Assembly: GCA_951406725.2 (NCBI GenBank)
Contig: OX597820.1
Coordinates: 76,384,001-76,448,000, forward strand
DNA from: Octopus vulgaris
Lineage: Eukaryota
DNA length: 64,000 bases
Direction of reading: 5' to 3'
A program made the translations under genes and the position numbers. Below the pieces are notes generated by a model. That model ran no database searches and was not told the origin of the DNA. It saw nothing but the letters and a program-made list of their open reading frames with translations. The stretch's first letter is position 1; each line of letters opens with the position of its first letter. Of the stretch, positions 11,491 to 28,426 are shown piece by piece.

Positions 11491-11608
11491 GGCAATTCCT
11501 CCGTAGGGTCATTTTAGGCGGATTTCCAAGCGTGGCCATCTGAAACTATGGATATTACCCCTAGGTTTCCTGTCTGTTGGCACAGCTTCAGAATCACTGC
11601 CCTATCGA

Positions 11609-11674
<66 letters not shown>

Positions 11675-11789
11675 AACTATTACTACTACTACTACTACTA
11701 CTAACAAGAATATGAAGTATCACTACAACCATCATGAGAAATGAACCACAGGGCTGAATTAGGAATTTCGAACAACAATAATGACAACG

Positions 11790-12408
11790 TTTTCTCTACT
11801 CTAGGCATAAGGCTCGAAATTTTGGGGAAGGGGGCCAGTCGATTTGATCGACCACAGTACACAGCTGGTAATTAAGTTATCGACCCCGAAAGGGTGAAAG
11901 GCAAAGTCGACCTCGGTGGAATTTGAACTCAGAACGTAGCGGTAGACGAAATACCTATTTCTTTACTACCCACAAGGGGCTAAACACAGAGAGAACAAAC
12001 AAGGACAGACACACGGATTAAGTCGATTATATCGACCCCAGTGCGTAACTGGTACTTATTTAATCGACCCCGAAAGGATGAAAGGCAAAGTCTACCTCGG
12101 CGGAATTTGAACTCATAACGTAGCGGCAGACGAAATAAGGCTACGCATTTCGCCCGGCGTGCTAACGTTTCTGCCAGGTCACCGCCTTTATATTTTTTTC
12201 TACTCTTGGCATAAAGCCCGAAATTTTGGGGAAGGGATCAGTCGATTAGATCGACTCCAGTACGTAACTGGTACTTAATTTATCGACCCCGAAAAGATAA
12301 AAGGCAATGTTGACCACGGCGGAATTTGATGTCAGAACGTAAAGACAGACGAACAACCGCTAAGCGTTTCGCCCGGCGTGCTAACGTTTCTGCCAGTTCG
12401 CCGCCTTA
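11790..12408 (-). mobile_element. Cluster of three SINE family B copies, head-to-tail or nested
   Basis: Motif ATCGACCCCGAAAG..AAAGGCAA.GT..ACC.CGG.GGAATTTGA repeated near 11880, 12065 and 12283. Confidence 0.85.
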
Positions 12409-12578
12409 CAAAAATGACGTTTGCTGCCACACAAGCTATCAAAAGAACCTGAACATTGTCAAAATAATAACCACCACCGCAACAACCACAACAACCACAA
12501 CCCGCGTCACCATCACTACCACTAGCGCCACTACCAATACTAGCATGATAAGTAGGTCCATCTATTATTACCACCGTC

Positions 12579-12610
<32 letters not shown>

Positions 12611-13583
12611 CAACACTTCCTCTAGCTTCACCACAGCTCGTAGCATCACTACCACCACCGCCGCCGCTACCACTTGCACAACGACGATATCCAACTACCA
12701 CCACCACCACCACCACCACCACCGCCGCCATTTGCATGATAACCAGGTCCAATCGTCACCCACCACCACTGGCACCAACAACGCCATTACCACCACCAGC
12801 ACCAAAAACACCATCACCACCACCACCACCAACACCGCCACCATCACTACCGCCAGCACCTAGACGAAAAACACAAACACAAAATACAAACCAACACAAC
12901 AAATAGCAAATTAAATAAATATGACTGATCCACTTTGACATAATTTGTCAAGACAAACTAATTAAAGCCATTCAACTCGTCTTCAGTTTTGATTTCAACA
13001 TTTTATTACGGATTCTGTCTTCCGTATTTTTTTTTCCTTTATAATTCTTCCCAAAAAACACTCCCAACAAACTCAAGAAATTGCGTTTCCTCTCTACAGA
13101 TTCCTGCTTGTTCCCTTTCCATTCCTACATTTCCATCACGCTCTCTTTATTTTTATCCTCTCACTCCTCCTCTAGTTCAGAGCCACGTATATCTCTATCA
13201 CACATCAAAATATTTCTTTTAATTTTTTTTTGTTATATTCGATGCAATCATCATTTAAGATATTATCTAATTGAATTTGTACAGTCTCCAGCAGTGCTTC
13301 ATTTTTTTCCTTAACAACTCATACCACGCCCCTCCTTTTTTTATATTTTGTTTAGCAATCTTTTTGGGGGTATTTGTGTCTGTATATGGTTTTTATGACC
13401 ATTAGCAGCTCTCAGACCGTTTAACGCCCGTGTTTGTGTGAATATGTGTGCGTGTGAATATGTGTGTGTGTGTGGTGTGTGTGTGTGTATGTGTGTGTGT
13501 GTGTGTGAGTGTGTGCGCGTTTCATATTGTCACTGTGTCTACCTATCTAGCAATTCATCTATCTAAATCGCCGGAACTTATCT

Positions 13584-13786
13584 ATTCTTTTACTCGCTTC
13601 CGTTATTTGACTGCGGCCATGATGGAACATCGCCTTAAAGGGTTTTAGTCAAATAAATCACCCTCAGGTCTTATTCTATTGGTCGCTATTGCCAAACCGC
13701 TTAGTTGCGGGTATGTAAACTCACCAAGACCAGTTGTCAAGCAGTGACACAAAGACACACACACAGAGTCAAACAAACGAACACAA

Positions 13787-13863
<77 letters not shown>

Positions 13864-15150
13864 TACATGCATACGACGGGCTTCTTTCAGTTTCCGTCTA
13901 CCAAATCTACTCACAAGGCTCTGGTCGGCTCGAGGTTATAATAGAAGACACTTGCCCAAGGTGTCACGCAGTGGGACTGAACCCGGAACCATGTGGTTGG
14001 GAGCAAGCTTGATACCACACATCCACTTCTATCTTATTGCTAAACCACTACAGATACACAGACGTGTGTTTGTGTGTGTATATTTACACACAAGAAAACT
14101 CAATATTGAGCCAACGGCAAAATATGCCTGGTGTTTGTTTTGCCGAACAGCTAAGTTACGGGGACGTAAACGCTTTAATACCGGTTGTCAAGCGGTGGTG
14201 CAGGACAAACACACACGCAAAACACATACACACACGTGTATGTGTGTATTTATACATACATATGTACGTGCGTACGCGCATGCATACATACATACATACA
14301 TACATACATTCATACATACATACATACATACATACATACATACATACATACATACATACATACATACATACATACATACATACATACATACATACATACA
14401 TACGTACGTACGTACGTACATAAATATGTACGATGAACTTTCACTTTCCGACTACGAAATCTCGGCCCGAAACTATAGCAGAAGATATTTGCCCAAGGTG
14501 CCACGCAGTGAAAGTGAACCCAAATTCATGTGTTTGGGAAGCAATTTTCTTACCGCACAGTCACGCATGCACCATAACCATAATAAATCTGAATTTCATT
14601 TTCAGTGCTTGAATTCTTCAAATACGAAACGAAAAAACTTAATAAGTCAAAACAAACCTGGTAAATATTTATGCAAACTACATTGACAAGCAGAGGTTTA
14701 TGGCATCAAAACCATTATAAATTACTGTATATAATTACTACTCTTTACTCTCTTTTACTCTCTTTTACTCGTTTCAATGATTTCACAGTGGCCATGTTGG
14801 AGCACCGCCTTTAGTCGAGCAAATCGACACCAGGACTTATTCTTTGTAAGCCTAGTACTTATTCTATCGATATCTTTTGCAGACCCGTTAATTTACGGGG
14901 ACGTAAACACACTAGCATCGGTTGTCAAGCGATGTTGGGGGGACAAACACAGACACACAAATATATACATACACACACACACACACACTCATATATATAT
15001 ATATATGACGGACTTCTTTCAGTTTCTGTCTACCAAATCCATTATCAAGGCTTTGGTCGGCCTGAGGCTATAGTAGGAGACACTTGCCCAAGGTGTCACG
15101 CAGTGGGATTGAACCCGGGGCCATGTGGTTGGTAATAACTATATACGCCT
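13584..15150 (-). mobile_element. Three SINE family A copies (13584-14020, 14100-14572, 14741-15150)
   Basis: Each has a TTGCCCAAGGTG.CACGCAGTG head and an internal (CA)n/(CATA)n expansion. Confidence 0.85.
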
Positions 15151-15622
15151 GTATATAGTTATAATAAATATAGCCATAATTAAGCGATAGTTTATGGCAG
15201 TCCTTCACCAGGGGTCACATAAGCGGAGAAACAACTGAGGTAAAAGGGAATCCACGGTGAGGAGAACTGCAGCGATTTACTAAGGGGGCCGCATTCCATG
15301 GGGTATTGGTTTGAAATATTGGTACAAGACCATCAATATCGTGAGAGGAGTAAGCCGATTACTTCCACACTTGTGTTCAAATGATGCTTAGTTTATCGAC
15401 CCCTAAAAGATGAACGGCAAATTTGACCATGGCGGAATCTGAACTCAGAACGTAAAGACGAACGAATTTCTTCCAGGCATTGTGCCCGGCTTGCTAACAA
15501 TTCTACTAGCCCCTTGTAATTATCTATTTAAATTCTGGTTTCAAATTTTAACACAAGGCCAGCAATTTTTGAGTAGGCTTAGTCGAATTCATCAATCCTA
15601 GTGCTTAACTAATATGTATTTT

Positions 15623-16051
15623 GGTACTTTTTGGTTATCTCAACCCCATTAAGAAATTGGGTTATCTCCCCCAACTAAAGAAATTGTTTAACCCTCAATA
15701 AAACAAGCAAAGAAAATATGAAAAATTAATAAACATGAAAAGTGAAAAGATTAAATATCTTATTGAATATGATATTTTTATAAGAAATCGTACAAAATTG
15801 AAAAAAATTAATAAAAATGAAAACGGAAAAAATTAAACATCTTATTGAATATGATAACGTTTTTAAAACAAATCCCACCGTGCCTATTTAAGCGGCCAAA
15901 AGTCAACAATATGTTGAAGTATTGGATCAAACAGATCTAACTCTTTTAATCCAATCTCTTGTCGCCACATAAACTCAATTTTTTAGTGGGGAGGTAATCC
16001 AATTTTTTAATGGCAATGTTTTAATGGGGGTGAGGTAACCAAAAAGTGTCC
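15623..16051. mobile_element. MITE with ~60 bp TIRs inserted in a SINE B copy
   Basis: Left end GGTACTTTTTGGTTATCTCAACCCCATTAA, right end TTAATGGGGGTGAGGTAACCAAAAAGTGTCC. SINE B halves lie at 15535-15622 and 16052-16170. Confidence 0.75.
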
Positions 16052-17439
16052 GTTTTTCAACGAATTTGAAAGGATGAAATAAATTCAACCTTGGCGGAAT
16101 TTCAATTTAAAGACGGACGTTATGTCGCTAAGCATTTTGTCCGGCATGGTACCGATTCTGTTAGCTTACAGGTTTAATCATTTTAAATATTAAGTGACAA
16201 TATTGACCATCTTCTGAATCGACAATGACATAGAATCACCTTTTTCAGACATCATTTTCCAAAACTTCTTCCTTTTTACCGTTGATCTCTACTTCATTAT
16301 CGTGTTAGATAATCGTTCAATTCTTTTATTGAATCTGCTCGTCGAAGTTTATTCTAATCCCATCCGGATTTATTTCCACGTTAAATTTTGATCTCATTAT
16401 CTTTAGTTATACTGGATAATTTACGTCTTTCTACTAATATTTTTAATTAATAATTCCCAATTCACAAATTGTTTATATTTACAGCCGTTTTATATTTTCC
16501 TAACATTTTCTTCCTTTTAGACTTATTCTTCACTCTGTTTTTCACTCGGTTTTTAAATTCTCACCCGTACCTTATTTATTAGATATGCTTGAAAGCTTAC
16601 AAGGTATTCATGCTGCCAGACATTTCAGTTGACTTTCGCGCTGCAGGAAAGTTTTAGCTGGCTTTTTCCTGGTTTCTTATTCCTTTGAAATTTCTCTTTT
16701 GATATTCGCCATTACCACACATCTTCTTGTGGTATTTACAATATTCTTAACAGTGTCACCTTATTGCCATATGCATAGCCGTTTATCTATTACTAATGAC
16801 CCTTCGATCTCTCAATTTCTTTTTTCTCTTTGCTCCTTTTCTCTCCTTTCTCATTCTTCTGTATATCATTTCCCCAACTGTTTCTCTCAATTTCACTAAA
16901 ATAAACTCGCTTTTCATTCGAAGCAGTTTTCAATGTGGTATTATATATCTATCTCACTTTTCTCCACCTTTTATTCGTGTGGGTCTTTATATATAGTAAC
17001 CTCTACTATTTGTATCTTAATATCAATCGGTTATATACTTATGTATGCATAATGCATATTAATGCAGCTCGGTATCACTTATCACCGCATCTCTGAAACA
17101 GTTGTAAAGGATCTCCATAGAGTTTCTTGTTTCTTCTCAATTGTATTTTTGCTTATGTAACCTCTAGATATCTATCCCTTGTAAAGGACTACCTTTATAT
17201 TATATCCGTGTAACTTATTTATATGTTTTGAGGCCCTAAAGTCCGAACTTTAACTTTATTTCCATTAGCTTCAAATGCGTTTTTCTTATAGCCAACACTT
17301 GATCGGCTGGACTGCGTCTCTCATGGATAAGACGCTGGATTTTAAGGATTTGGTCTGCTCTGTGTCTTTATTCATTCCTTATATATTTTATAACTTTAAG
17401 GATGTTCAAGCAGACAAAACACACACACACTCACAGAGA

Positions 17440-17770
17440 GGCCTGGCTCTCCCTTAGTTACGAGGACGAGTGTTTCAGATGATATAGTCAAGCGAACAGC
17501 CAGCTAATCGATTCCTGAAATTAACTGGGAAGTGGCTGAGGGCTCCACACACACGCGTACTTTTAACGTCATTCACAGGGATATTCAGCTAATACAGAAT
17601 GTGACACGGCTGGCAATTTAAATTATAGGTACAACTCATTTTGCCAGCAGAGTGGATAGGAGCAATGAGAAATAATGTCTAGCTCAAAGACACACCATGC
17701 TACCGGGAATCGAACTATTGACCTTTTGATTGTGAGCTGAGTACTGAGTCACTGAGCCACGCGCCTTCAC
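17440..17770 (-). mobile_element. tRNA-derived SINE family C
   Basis: Minus-strand head GTGAAGGCGCGTGGCTCAGTG..AGTTCGATTCCCGG. Related heads at ~47540-47682 and 61955-62062. Confidence 0.7.
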
Positions 17771-18125
17771 AATATCAGATGCCTGACACGCTTTACTATT
17801 TCATTTGGATTGCTTATTTTTAGTCGATTGTATATACCTTCTTGATAGACCGTTCTATATATTTGTATTTTTATTTGCATATATATTTTTTACTGTCTAT
17901 GTTTTTTTTTATATGTTTTCTTTTTATGTGTTGAAAGCCATGGTAATATTTAAATGTGATCAAATGTTTGGAGACGTGGAGTTATATAAAGTCGAATTTG
18001 ATGGTTGTTCGTTAATCAATATTTTTTTCTTTATCTCTGTCTCAATTTCATTCGAGCACTTCTTTTTTGCAATATTATAAACCCTTTTGTCTCCTTAAAA
18101 AGTCGACAAAAATGTTTCTTGTATA

Positions 18126-18170
<45 letters not shown>

Positions 18171-18178
18171 ATATATAC

Positions 18179-18209
<31 letters not shown>

Positions 18210-18294
18210 AAGATAGATATGTGTGTGTGATTGTATGTTTGTATACATATATATATATATACACACATATATGTACACACACCTATACATATGC

Positions 18295-18349
<55 letters not shown>

Positions 18350-18702
18350 TATGTATGTATATACACACATATAAAATTATTAGTTTATTATAAAAATTGC
18401 AAATAATCAAACGTGAAAATCAAACTAAATGGTAATTTCATTGAGTGTAAATATATTTTGCAACTGAAGATCGCACTGTATTTATATCGATATAATACTT
18501 GCATTGTTCGATTAAATAGAGCCGCCTGAAAACGGTTGTATTTTGCATTAATACCTGAAATCCTGTTACTTATTTGATTTATATATATAAATATATACAG
18601 CGTTTTTCCTTGAAAAGATAGTAGCGTGGATTTCCACCTCGGCATCCGAAACTCGAAATTTTATCCTGGCTACCGAATAATTGTCACATATTACATTGAC
18701 AG

Positions 18703-18796
<94 letters not shown>

Positions 18797-19029
18797 AATA
18801 CAGTGTACATTAAAACACATTAGAGGCTTCCATCATAGGAATCCATTACGCTAGAAAGAACAGTTACAGTCCAAGCCACTAATTAGGGATAAATTCTCGA
18901 AGGAAATAAAAATTAAAAACATTTACCATGGTTTCTGACTTATCTTAGCTTTGGTTTACTTCCCTTTTCATCCTCTTTGATTTCCCTATTGAAGTCTTAT
19001 TGCTACGTTGTTGGCATTATTGCTACTTA

Positions 19030-19200
19030 GCAGTATTTCGTCTGTCTTTCCGTTCTGAGTTAAAATTCCGCCCAGATTGACTTTGCCTTTCATCCATTCG
19101 GGGTCGATAAATTAAGTACCAGTTGCGTACTGGGGTCGATCTAACCGACTGGCCCTCTCCCCAAAAGTTTCGGGCCTTATTCCTAGAGTAGAAAAGATTA
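19030..19200 (+). mobile_element. SINE family B
   Basis: GACTTTGCCTTTCATCCATTCGGGGTCGATAAATTAAGTACCAG. Confidence 0.8.
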
Positions 19201-19212
19201 TTGCTGTTACTG

Positions 19213-21378
<2,166 letters not shown>

Positions 21379-21548
21379 ATGATCTAACCATATAACTATA
21401 TATGCAATAAATAAATATGCTTGCATGTATATGTATATGTGTGTGTGTGTTTGTATACATGCAAATATATGCATAACTAACAAATATAGAAGAGTATATA
21501 TACAGACATGTACATATGCGTATATATATATACATATATACATATATA

Positions 21549-21740
21549 TCTCTATTTATAAAACTGAAATGCGAAAAGTTTGTTTGTTTGACTCGACCGC
21601 TTGGAACGCTTTCAAGGCCACTACATCCCGTCGGATTGACTCCAAAATTTACAGGGACATGTAAACTGAGGTGACGATGCCCGTGGGCTACGTTAGAAAT
21701 CCCTATCTTAAAAGGTGTCGTTGCTAGGGCCAAAAACACA
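21549..21740 (+). mobile_element. 5' part of a Helitron-type non-autonomous element
   Basis: Starts A|TCTCTATTTATAAAACTG..GTTTGTTTGT, like the 5' ends of the elements at 27904 and 40936. Confidence 0.45.
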
Positions 21741-22343
21741 CTTTGACAAGTCCACTCTCAGTCTTTTATGTATCTGTCTTCCTCCCTCACTCACTCTATT
21801 TCCTCCCTTCCCATCACTTTCTATATATAACGTCGATTCGTCAAACGGCGTTCTACAGCGCTTTCACACATTCTCTCTCTCTCTCTACACGTCTGTCTGC
21901 ATTCATACAGACAATTATCATCGCCACAACCACCACACAATCATGAGAACAAATATTATGAATCGGTATTTATTGGGTTCATTTATATATATGTGTGTGT
22001 GTGTGTATGTTTTCTATATATAAATATGTGATACCGTCTACTATCGTTCTTTCGCCAGCGATGTCACTCTCTCTCTCTATCTACGTCTGTCTCCATTCAT
22101 ATACAAAGTATATATATCTGTATTTATGTATATTAAACTTTTTAATACTTTTTGATAGTTATATATATATATATATATATTTAAATTATAAATATAAATT
22201 AATAATTTTTATTTTAAATTTAAATAATTTAAACTTTTCAAGTTTATATTTTATATATTTTGTATATTATGTTTTTATGTTTTTGTTTTTTTGTTTTTCT
22301 CTGTTTGATTTGCCTATTAGTGGTTTTATTTCTAATTTAATTT

Positions 22344-22384
<41 letters not shown>

Positions 22385-22418
22385 GTATACATTTGTATAT
22401 ATAATGCGTGCTCACACT

Positions 22419-22452
<34 letters not shown>

Positions 22453-23227
22453 ATGTTTGCATTATGTGGTTGGTTGAGCTGAAAATATGCACACCTATGT
22501 TAAAAGTGCTGACAAGTTTGCATGACAACTATTTTTTTCCTCAAATGAAAGGCGTGACCTCTAGGATAAAATTCCTCATCTTATAAAAGGTGACCCCAGT
22601 AGACCCGAATGAAATCGGGTTATATTAACCAAAAATGTGAAAAGGGGTCTAAATGGGGCTGGAAGGGGATTAAAATTTAAAGGAACGGGTGTTTAGGAAT
22701 TCTCTGTTACATCAAACTAAAACATTTGCGCCAGCCTTTTAATCGTCAATGTGTTGCCGTCCATGATGATGAAGTTTTGAATGCTTGCCATGGTGAGTCT
22801 ACTGTCGTGAGAAAGAATCACTTCAAAACTTGGTGTTTAGGAATTTTCTTTTACATCAAGTTCAAAATTTTACGCCAGCCGTTAAACTGTCAATACTATC
22901 CTCAGATTCTATCCCTTCAAACTTTGGTTTCCAATATTTTATTATTTTTATTCAGCTCGCAAGTTCGTCTGTCCCTTTTAAATGTTAGTGTTTTGCTATC
23001 TCCCTTGAAGCAGACCTTTCCGTTGCCACTGCCTGATATTTATGATTGATCTTTCTAAATATTTTATTTCTCAACTTACTCAAGATCTTTTGTTGTTTAT
23101 AAATGGGAGAGAGATAGATAAAGATAGAGAGTAAGAGAAAGCGAGGGAAAGTCCGAGCGAAAAGAAAAGTAAGAGAGTGGGAAAGTGAGAGAGAATGGAG
23201 AGAGAAACAAAGAGGGAGAATCATCTT

Positions 23228-23548
23228 CATCATCATCATCATCATCATCATCATCGTTTAACGTCCGTTTTCCGTGCTAGCACGGGCTGGACAGTTTGAC
23301 CGGGGTCTAGGAAGCCAGGAGGCTGCACCAGGCTCCAGTCTGATCTGGCAATGTTTCTACAGGTGGATGCCCTTCCTAACGCCAGCCACTCTGTGAGTGT
23401 AGTGGGTGCTTTTTTCGTGCCGCTGGCACAGGTGCCAGGGGATCTGGCAGCGGCCACGATCGGTTGGTGCTTTTTACGTGCCACCGGTACAGAAGCCAGT
23501 CAAGGCGGCGCTGCATTTGGCCACGTTCGGATGGTGCTTTTTACGTGC
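23228..23548 (-). mobile_element. SINE with RTE-type 3' tail
   Basis: Minus strand ends GAAAACGGACGTTAAACGATGATGATG. Body contains GGCGTTAGGAAGGGCATCCA and internal repeats GGTGCTTTTT.CGTGC. Confidence 0.7.
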
Positions 23549-23615
23549 TGAAATGAAGCAACAGAAAGTAACAACCACACTCTTACCCGCGCGTAGAGCA
23601 GGTCACCTTAAGCTA

Positions 23616-23658
<43 letters not shown>

Positions 23659-23758
23659 CAAAAATACATGCATTACTATATATATATACATATATATATA
23701 TACATATCTATCTATCTATCTATCTATCTATCTCTCTATCTATCTATCTATCTATCTT

Positions 23759-23800
<42 letters not shown>

Positions 23801-23850
23801 CATCTATCTAAATACACACACACACAGACACATATATATATATATATATG

Positions 23851-23889
<39 letters not shown>

Positions 23890-24264
23890 GATATATATAT
23901 ATATATATATATATGAATATGCATTGGTGCGAGCAAAGTGGCACTGCAGCTGGGACAAGCAGATATAGCTTTTAAAATGCTTATATAGCGAAGTTACTAG
24001 CCAGGCTGCATATGCATTATTTTGCGCTAAGATTTTATCTTGTCATAAACAGCATGCTGTTCCACATATATATGTGTGTGTGTGTGTGTGTATGTCTGTG
24101 TGTGTGTATAATAAATGTGGCTCATTCACAATTTACAGTCGAAAGGCTGAAGTATTGACTCACTAAAGGGACTAGGCGTGCTAGTTAGCATCAGTATTCC
24201 TAGAAATAAAAAGTCAAATCAACTCATAGCCACAAGAAAGCATTTATCTCCCTCTCTTTCCCTC

Positions 24265-24359
<95 letters not shown>

Positions 24360-24431
24360 GTATATATATATGTATATATGTGTATATACATACATATATA
24401 TAGCTGTATATATATATTTATATATATATAT

Positions 24432-24496
<65 letters not shown>

Positions 24497-24664
24497 ATAA
24501 TACAAATAAGAAAATGGAGAAACAGTTTAGTTGGTTCATCAGCTTTAGGATATTAGAATGTTGACTTATTTATTTATTTAACAAAACGAGAACCTTTATA
24601 ACATACATATATAAGCCCGTCATATATATGTATATGTATATATATGTGTGTATATGTATATATA

Positions 24665-24892
24665 TATGTGTGTATATGTTTGTGTATCTGTGTTTGTCCC
24701 CCCACCATTGCTTGACAACCGATGCTGGTGTGTTTACGTCCCCGTAACCCAGCGGTTCGGCAGAAAGAGACCGATAGAATAAGTACTAGGCTTAGAAAGA
24801 ATAAGTCCTGGTGTCGATCTGCTCGAATAAAGGCGTTGCTCCAGCATGGCCGCAGTCAAATGACTGAGACAAGTAAAAGAGTAAAAGAGTAA
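24665..24892 (+). mobile_element. SINE family A, 3' half
   Basis: TTTACGTCCCCGTAAC..GCTCCAGCATGGCCGCAGTCAAATGACTGAGACAAGTAAAAGAGT. Confidence 0.8.
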
Positions 24893-24959
24893 ATAGCTTT
24901 AAATATACAACGTCTGGAAATATATGGAACGCCTGTGGTTTTAATGCTTTTTATCATAT

Positions 24960-25620
24960 GAAAAGTCTATGATGCAGTTTAGCTAGTCATCCAGGTGTGA
25001 TCTCAAGTTAAATACCAATGACAACGATAATGATAATATCCAAGAAGACCAAACCGGTAACTGGTCTCTGCTGGAAGCTATTTCATTAAGAACTATGACG
25101 CAACGCTCTTCTCTAGCTCAACAATTGAACTTTCAGAATTTTTCTCTGAATTAAACCAAAATAAATCCTGTCTCCGAAGAGTCATTTTAATTCTGTTGCA
25201 CAAGTGAAGCGTTTCAAAATGAAATTAATGGAATAAAACAAAATCTAGTCAATAATGAAGTAATACAAATAATTTAGTAGAGCGAACTATAGAACAATAC
25301 AACAACAAATTCTGTGTCATAAATAGAACAAACGCAGTCAAATACCAAATAAAAACAACCGGACCTTATATAGAAGTAGTGAACCAAATGTACCCTGGTG
25401 ATATAATCACGTTATTAAGAATCACATCGGATGAAAGCACTGCGGTTATTATTATAACTAATGATGAAATCGTATTAATAATATATTATAAAACGCAACA
25501 ATCCAAGAAATAAATTGTCAATAACAAGCCACAAGTCTGCAGAGAGCTGAATCAACATTAGATGATTAATGTAATTATACAAATTTATATGTGAACGAAC
25601 TTTGTGACACTAACTATGAC
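24960..25620 (+). pseudogene. Highly decayed second Penelope-like ORF (RT thumb to start of GIY-YIG)
   Basis: Fragments EFFSELNQ, IKQNLVNN, LIIYYKTQQSK and NV-I-YKFIC (across an indel) resemble the PLE motifs IKQxLVNNGY, LIIYYKN and NVIYxFxC. Confidence 0.45.
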
Positions 25621-25971
25621 TTTAGATGTAGAATTTCTATATTTTCCACGCCATGGAAATGCACTTATATTTTGCATAATGCAAAATATAAGTGCATTAA
25701 TGACAAACGTTAGTTGAGGACCTATTACAAGCCTTAAATATCTCTGTCACGGGATTTCGGCCATGATTGAGCGCCATCTTGGAGAATTCCGAGTATTAAT
25801 TCTTGATCTCGTACTTTTACTCTCGATCGGTGACTTTTACCTCTGTGTTTATTCCACAGGGACGTAAACAAACCAATATCAGTTGTACAGTATTGTGGAA
25901 GACACACGCAAAGACACACACATATACATGCATATGCATAATTATACACACACATGCACATACACACACAA

Positions 25972-26004
<33 letters not shown>

Positions 26005-26020
26005 CATATATGTGTGTGTG

Positions 26021-26412
26021 TGGCTGTGTGGTAAGTAGCTTACTTATCAAACACATGGTTCCGGGTTCATTCCCACTGCGTGGCACCTTGGGCAAGTGTC
26101 TTCTGCTATAGCCACGGGCCGACCAAAGCCTTGTGAGTTGATTTGGTTGACGGAAACTGAAAGAAGCCTGTCATATATATTTATATATATATGTATGTGT
26201 GTGTATATGTTTGTGTGCTTGTGGTTGTCCCCCAACAACACTTGACAGCCGATGGTGGTGTGTTTACGTCCCCGTAACTTAGGGGTTCGTCAAAAGTGAC
26301 CGATAGAATAAGTACTAGGCTCACAAAGAGTAAGTCCTGGGGTCGATTTGCTCCACTAAAGGCGGTGCTCCAGCATAGGCGCAGTCAAATGATTGAAACA
26401 AAAAGTAAAAGA
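26021..26412 (+). mobile_element. SINE family A, near full length
   Basis: Head TGGCTGTGTGGTAAGTAGC..GGTTCATTCCCACTGCGTGGCACCTTGGGCAAG plus family tail. Confidence 0.85.
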
Positions 26413-26414
26413 GT

Positions 26415-26449
<35 letters not shown>

Positions 26450-26471
26450 TGTGTGTATATGTATGTATATA

Positions 26472-26508
<37 letters not shown>

Positions 26509-27529
26509 ATACATATATATATATATATATATGCATGTATGTATGTATGTATGTATGTATGTATGTATGTATCTATGTATATACACACGACGGATTTCTC
26601 ACAGTTTCTGACGACTATATCCACGCTTAAAGCCTTAGTTGGCCCAACGTTATGGTAGAAGACATATGACGAAAGGACCACGTAGTGGGACTGAACCTGA
26701 AACTTCTTAACCATGCCTATACCTATAAATACAAAATTCTAAACTGTGCACTTGAAAATTAGCGCCCCTAATTTGAGAAGGGAATAGGAAATGCCCCAAA
26801 ATTTCAAATACATTTCGTGTAAGCAAGTTTCAAGGGGCGGATTGAACCAGTAAGGAAGCTGCAATGCGGTAGATCGCTGAACTAGAAATAGCAGCCAAAT
26901 CTCACTCAAAATGATTGCTTTAAGAGAGAGGAACCGCTGGATAAGGTAGTTCTAGATACATTCTCTGAAGAAATAAATGACTAGAAGACATTTGATCATA
27001 GATCTGTCCGACGTGGGGGAAAATACTTGAAAATAAACATCGACAAAAACACCTGCTAACGATAGAAACCAGATACCGTACCAAAATTAAAGTCTGGTTG
27101 TCGAAAGAAAATGGACGCCAGCAACTCTGAAAACTATTTCCAGTTAAATAATAATGGATGTGAACAAAGCAACATTATTCCCACGATATCTTCTATATTA
27201 TGACTGAAATAACTTTCACTACTAAAATTAGATTCTTGCAGAAAATGAATTCTGAAAGTTTTTGAAATGTTGATAGACCTCGGGAATTAATTGTTTCAAA
27301 GAAAATGTGAAGGCTTAATGGGGAAATAGGAAAGATGTTTAATAAACAAAGGGAATTAAAATATAGTGTATAAGCGTATTTATTTACATATATATGTATA
27401 TTTATAGAGAAAGACTATTTTTGATATACATATAAACATACGCACATACACACCACATATCTACACATTTCGTTCATACATACATATATATATAGAGAGT
27501 TAATCCAAACATGAAAACACAACGAGAAA

Positions 27530-27578
<49 letters not shown>

Positions 27579-27836
27579 ATGTTAAAAATGACTCTCGGCA
27601 GTGAATTGTTTTCATCCAAGATATATTTCAAGACATGTGTAGAAGAGTCAACTTTTGTTTTGAAAATGAAGGACGACACTTTCAAAACCTCTTATAAAGT
27701 TTTTTTTTAAGTCTTGTAAAGTCTGATATAGTCTTTTGCAGTCTTTTACCATCTTATAAATACGTATTGTGCAATAAGACACTTACTGCGGAGTGTCTTT
27801 TTGAACACCGTGTGTAAGTCTATATATATATATATG

Positions 27837-27903
<67 letters not shown>

Positions 27904-27904
<1 letters not shown>

Positions 27905-28065
27905 TAGCATTAAAGACATGCAAAATACAAAGTTATATCTTGATATCGCTTGGACACTAAGTAAGGCATGTGTAAAATTTGAATGAAATTGGTTGTGTAG
28001 TTCTCAAGTTTTAGGGAAACACACAAACAGACAGACACACATTCCCAGTTTTATATATATAAAGA
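27904..28065 (-). mobile_element. Short Helitron-type element
   Basis: Minus strand reads A|TCTTTATATATATAAAACTGG...CTAG|T. Confidence 0.55.
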
Positions 28066-28176
28066 TATATATGTGTGTGTGTGTGTATATATGTATATGT
28101 ATGTATGTACGTATGTAGGTATGTATGTATATATGTGTATATATATATGTATGTGTGTGTGAATGTATGTATAAAC

Positions 28177-28217
<41 letters not shown>

Positions 28218-28312
28218 CATATATATATATGTGTACATATATTTATATATACATATGTGTACATATATATGTATGTGTGTATTGATATAGATTGATAGAT
28301 AGATAGATAGAC

Positions 28313-28426
<114 letters not shown>

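Noticed and set aside
11790-12408. Repeated ~40 bp motifs as a CRISPR-like array
   Set aside because: The context is eukaryotic, the repeats are stacked SINE copies, and the intervening sequences are homologous to each other.
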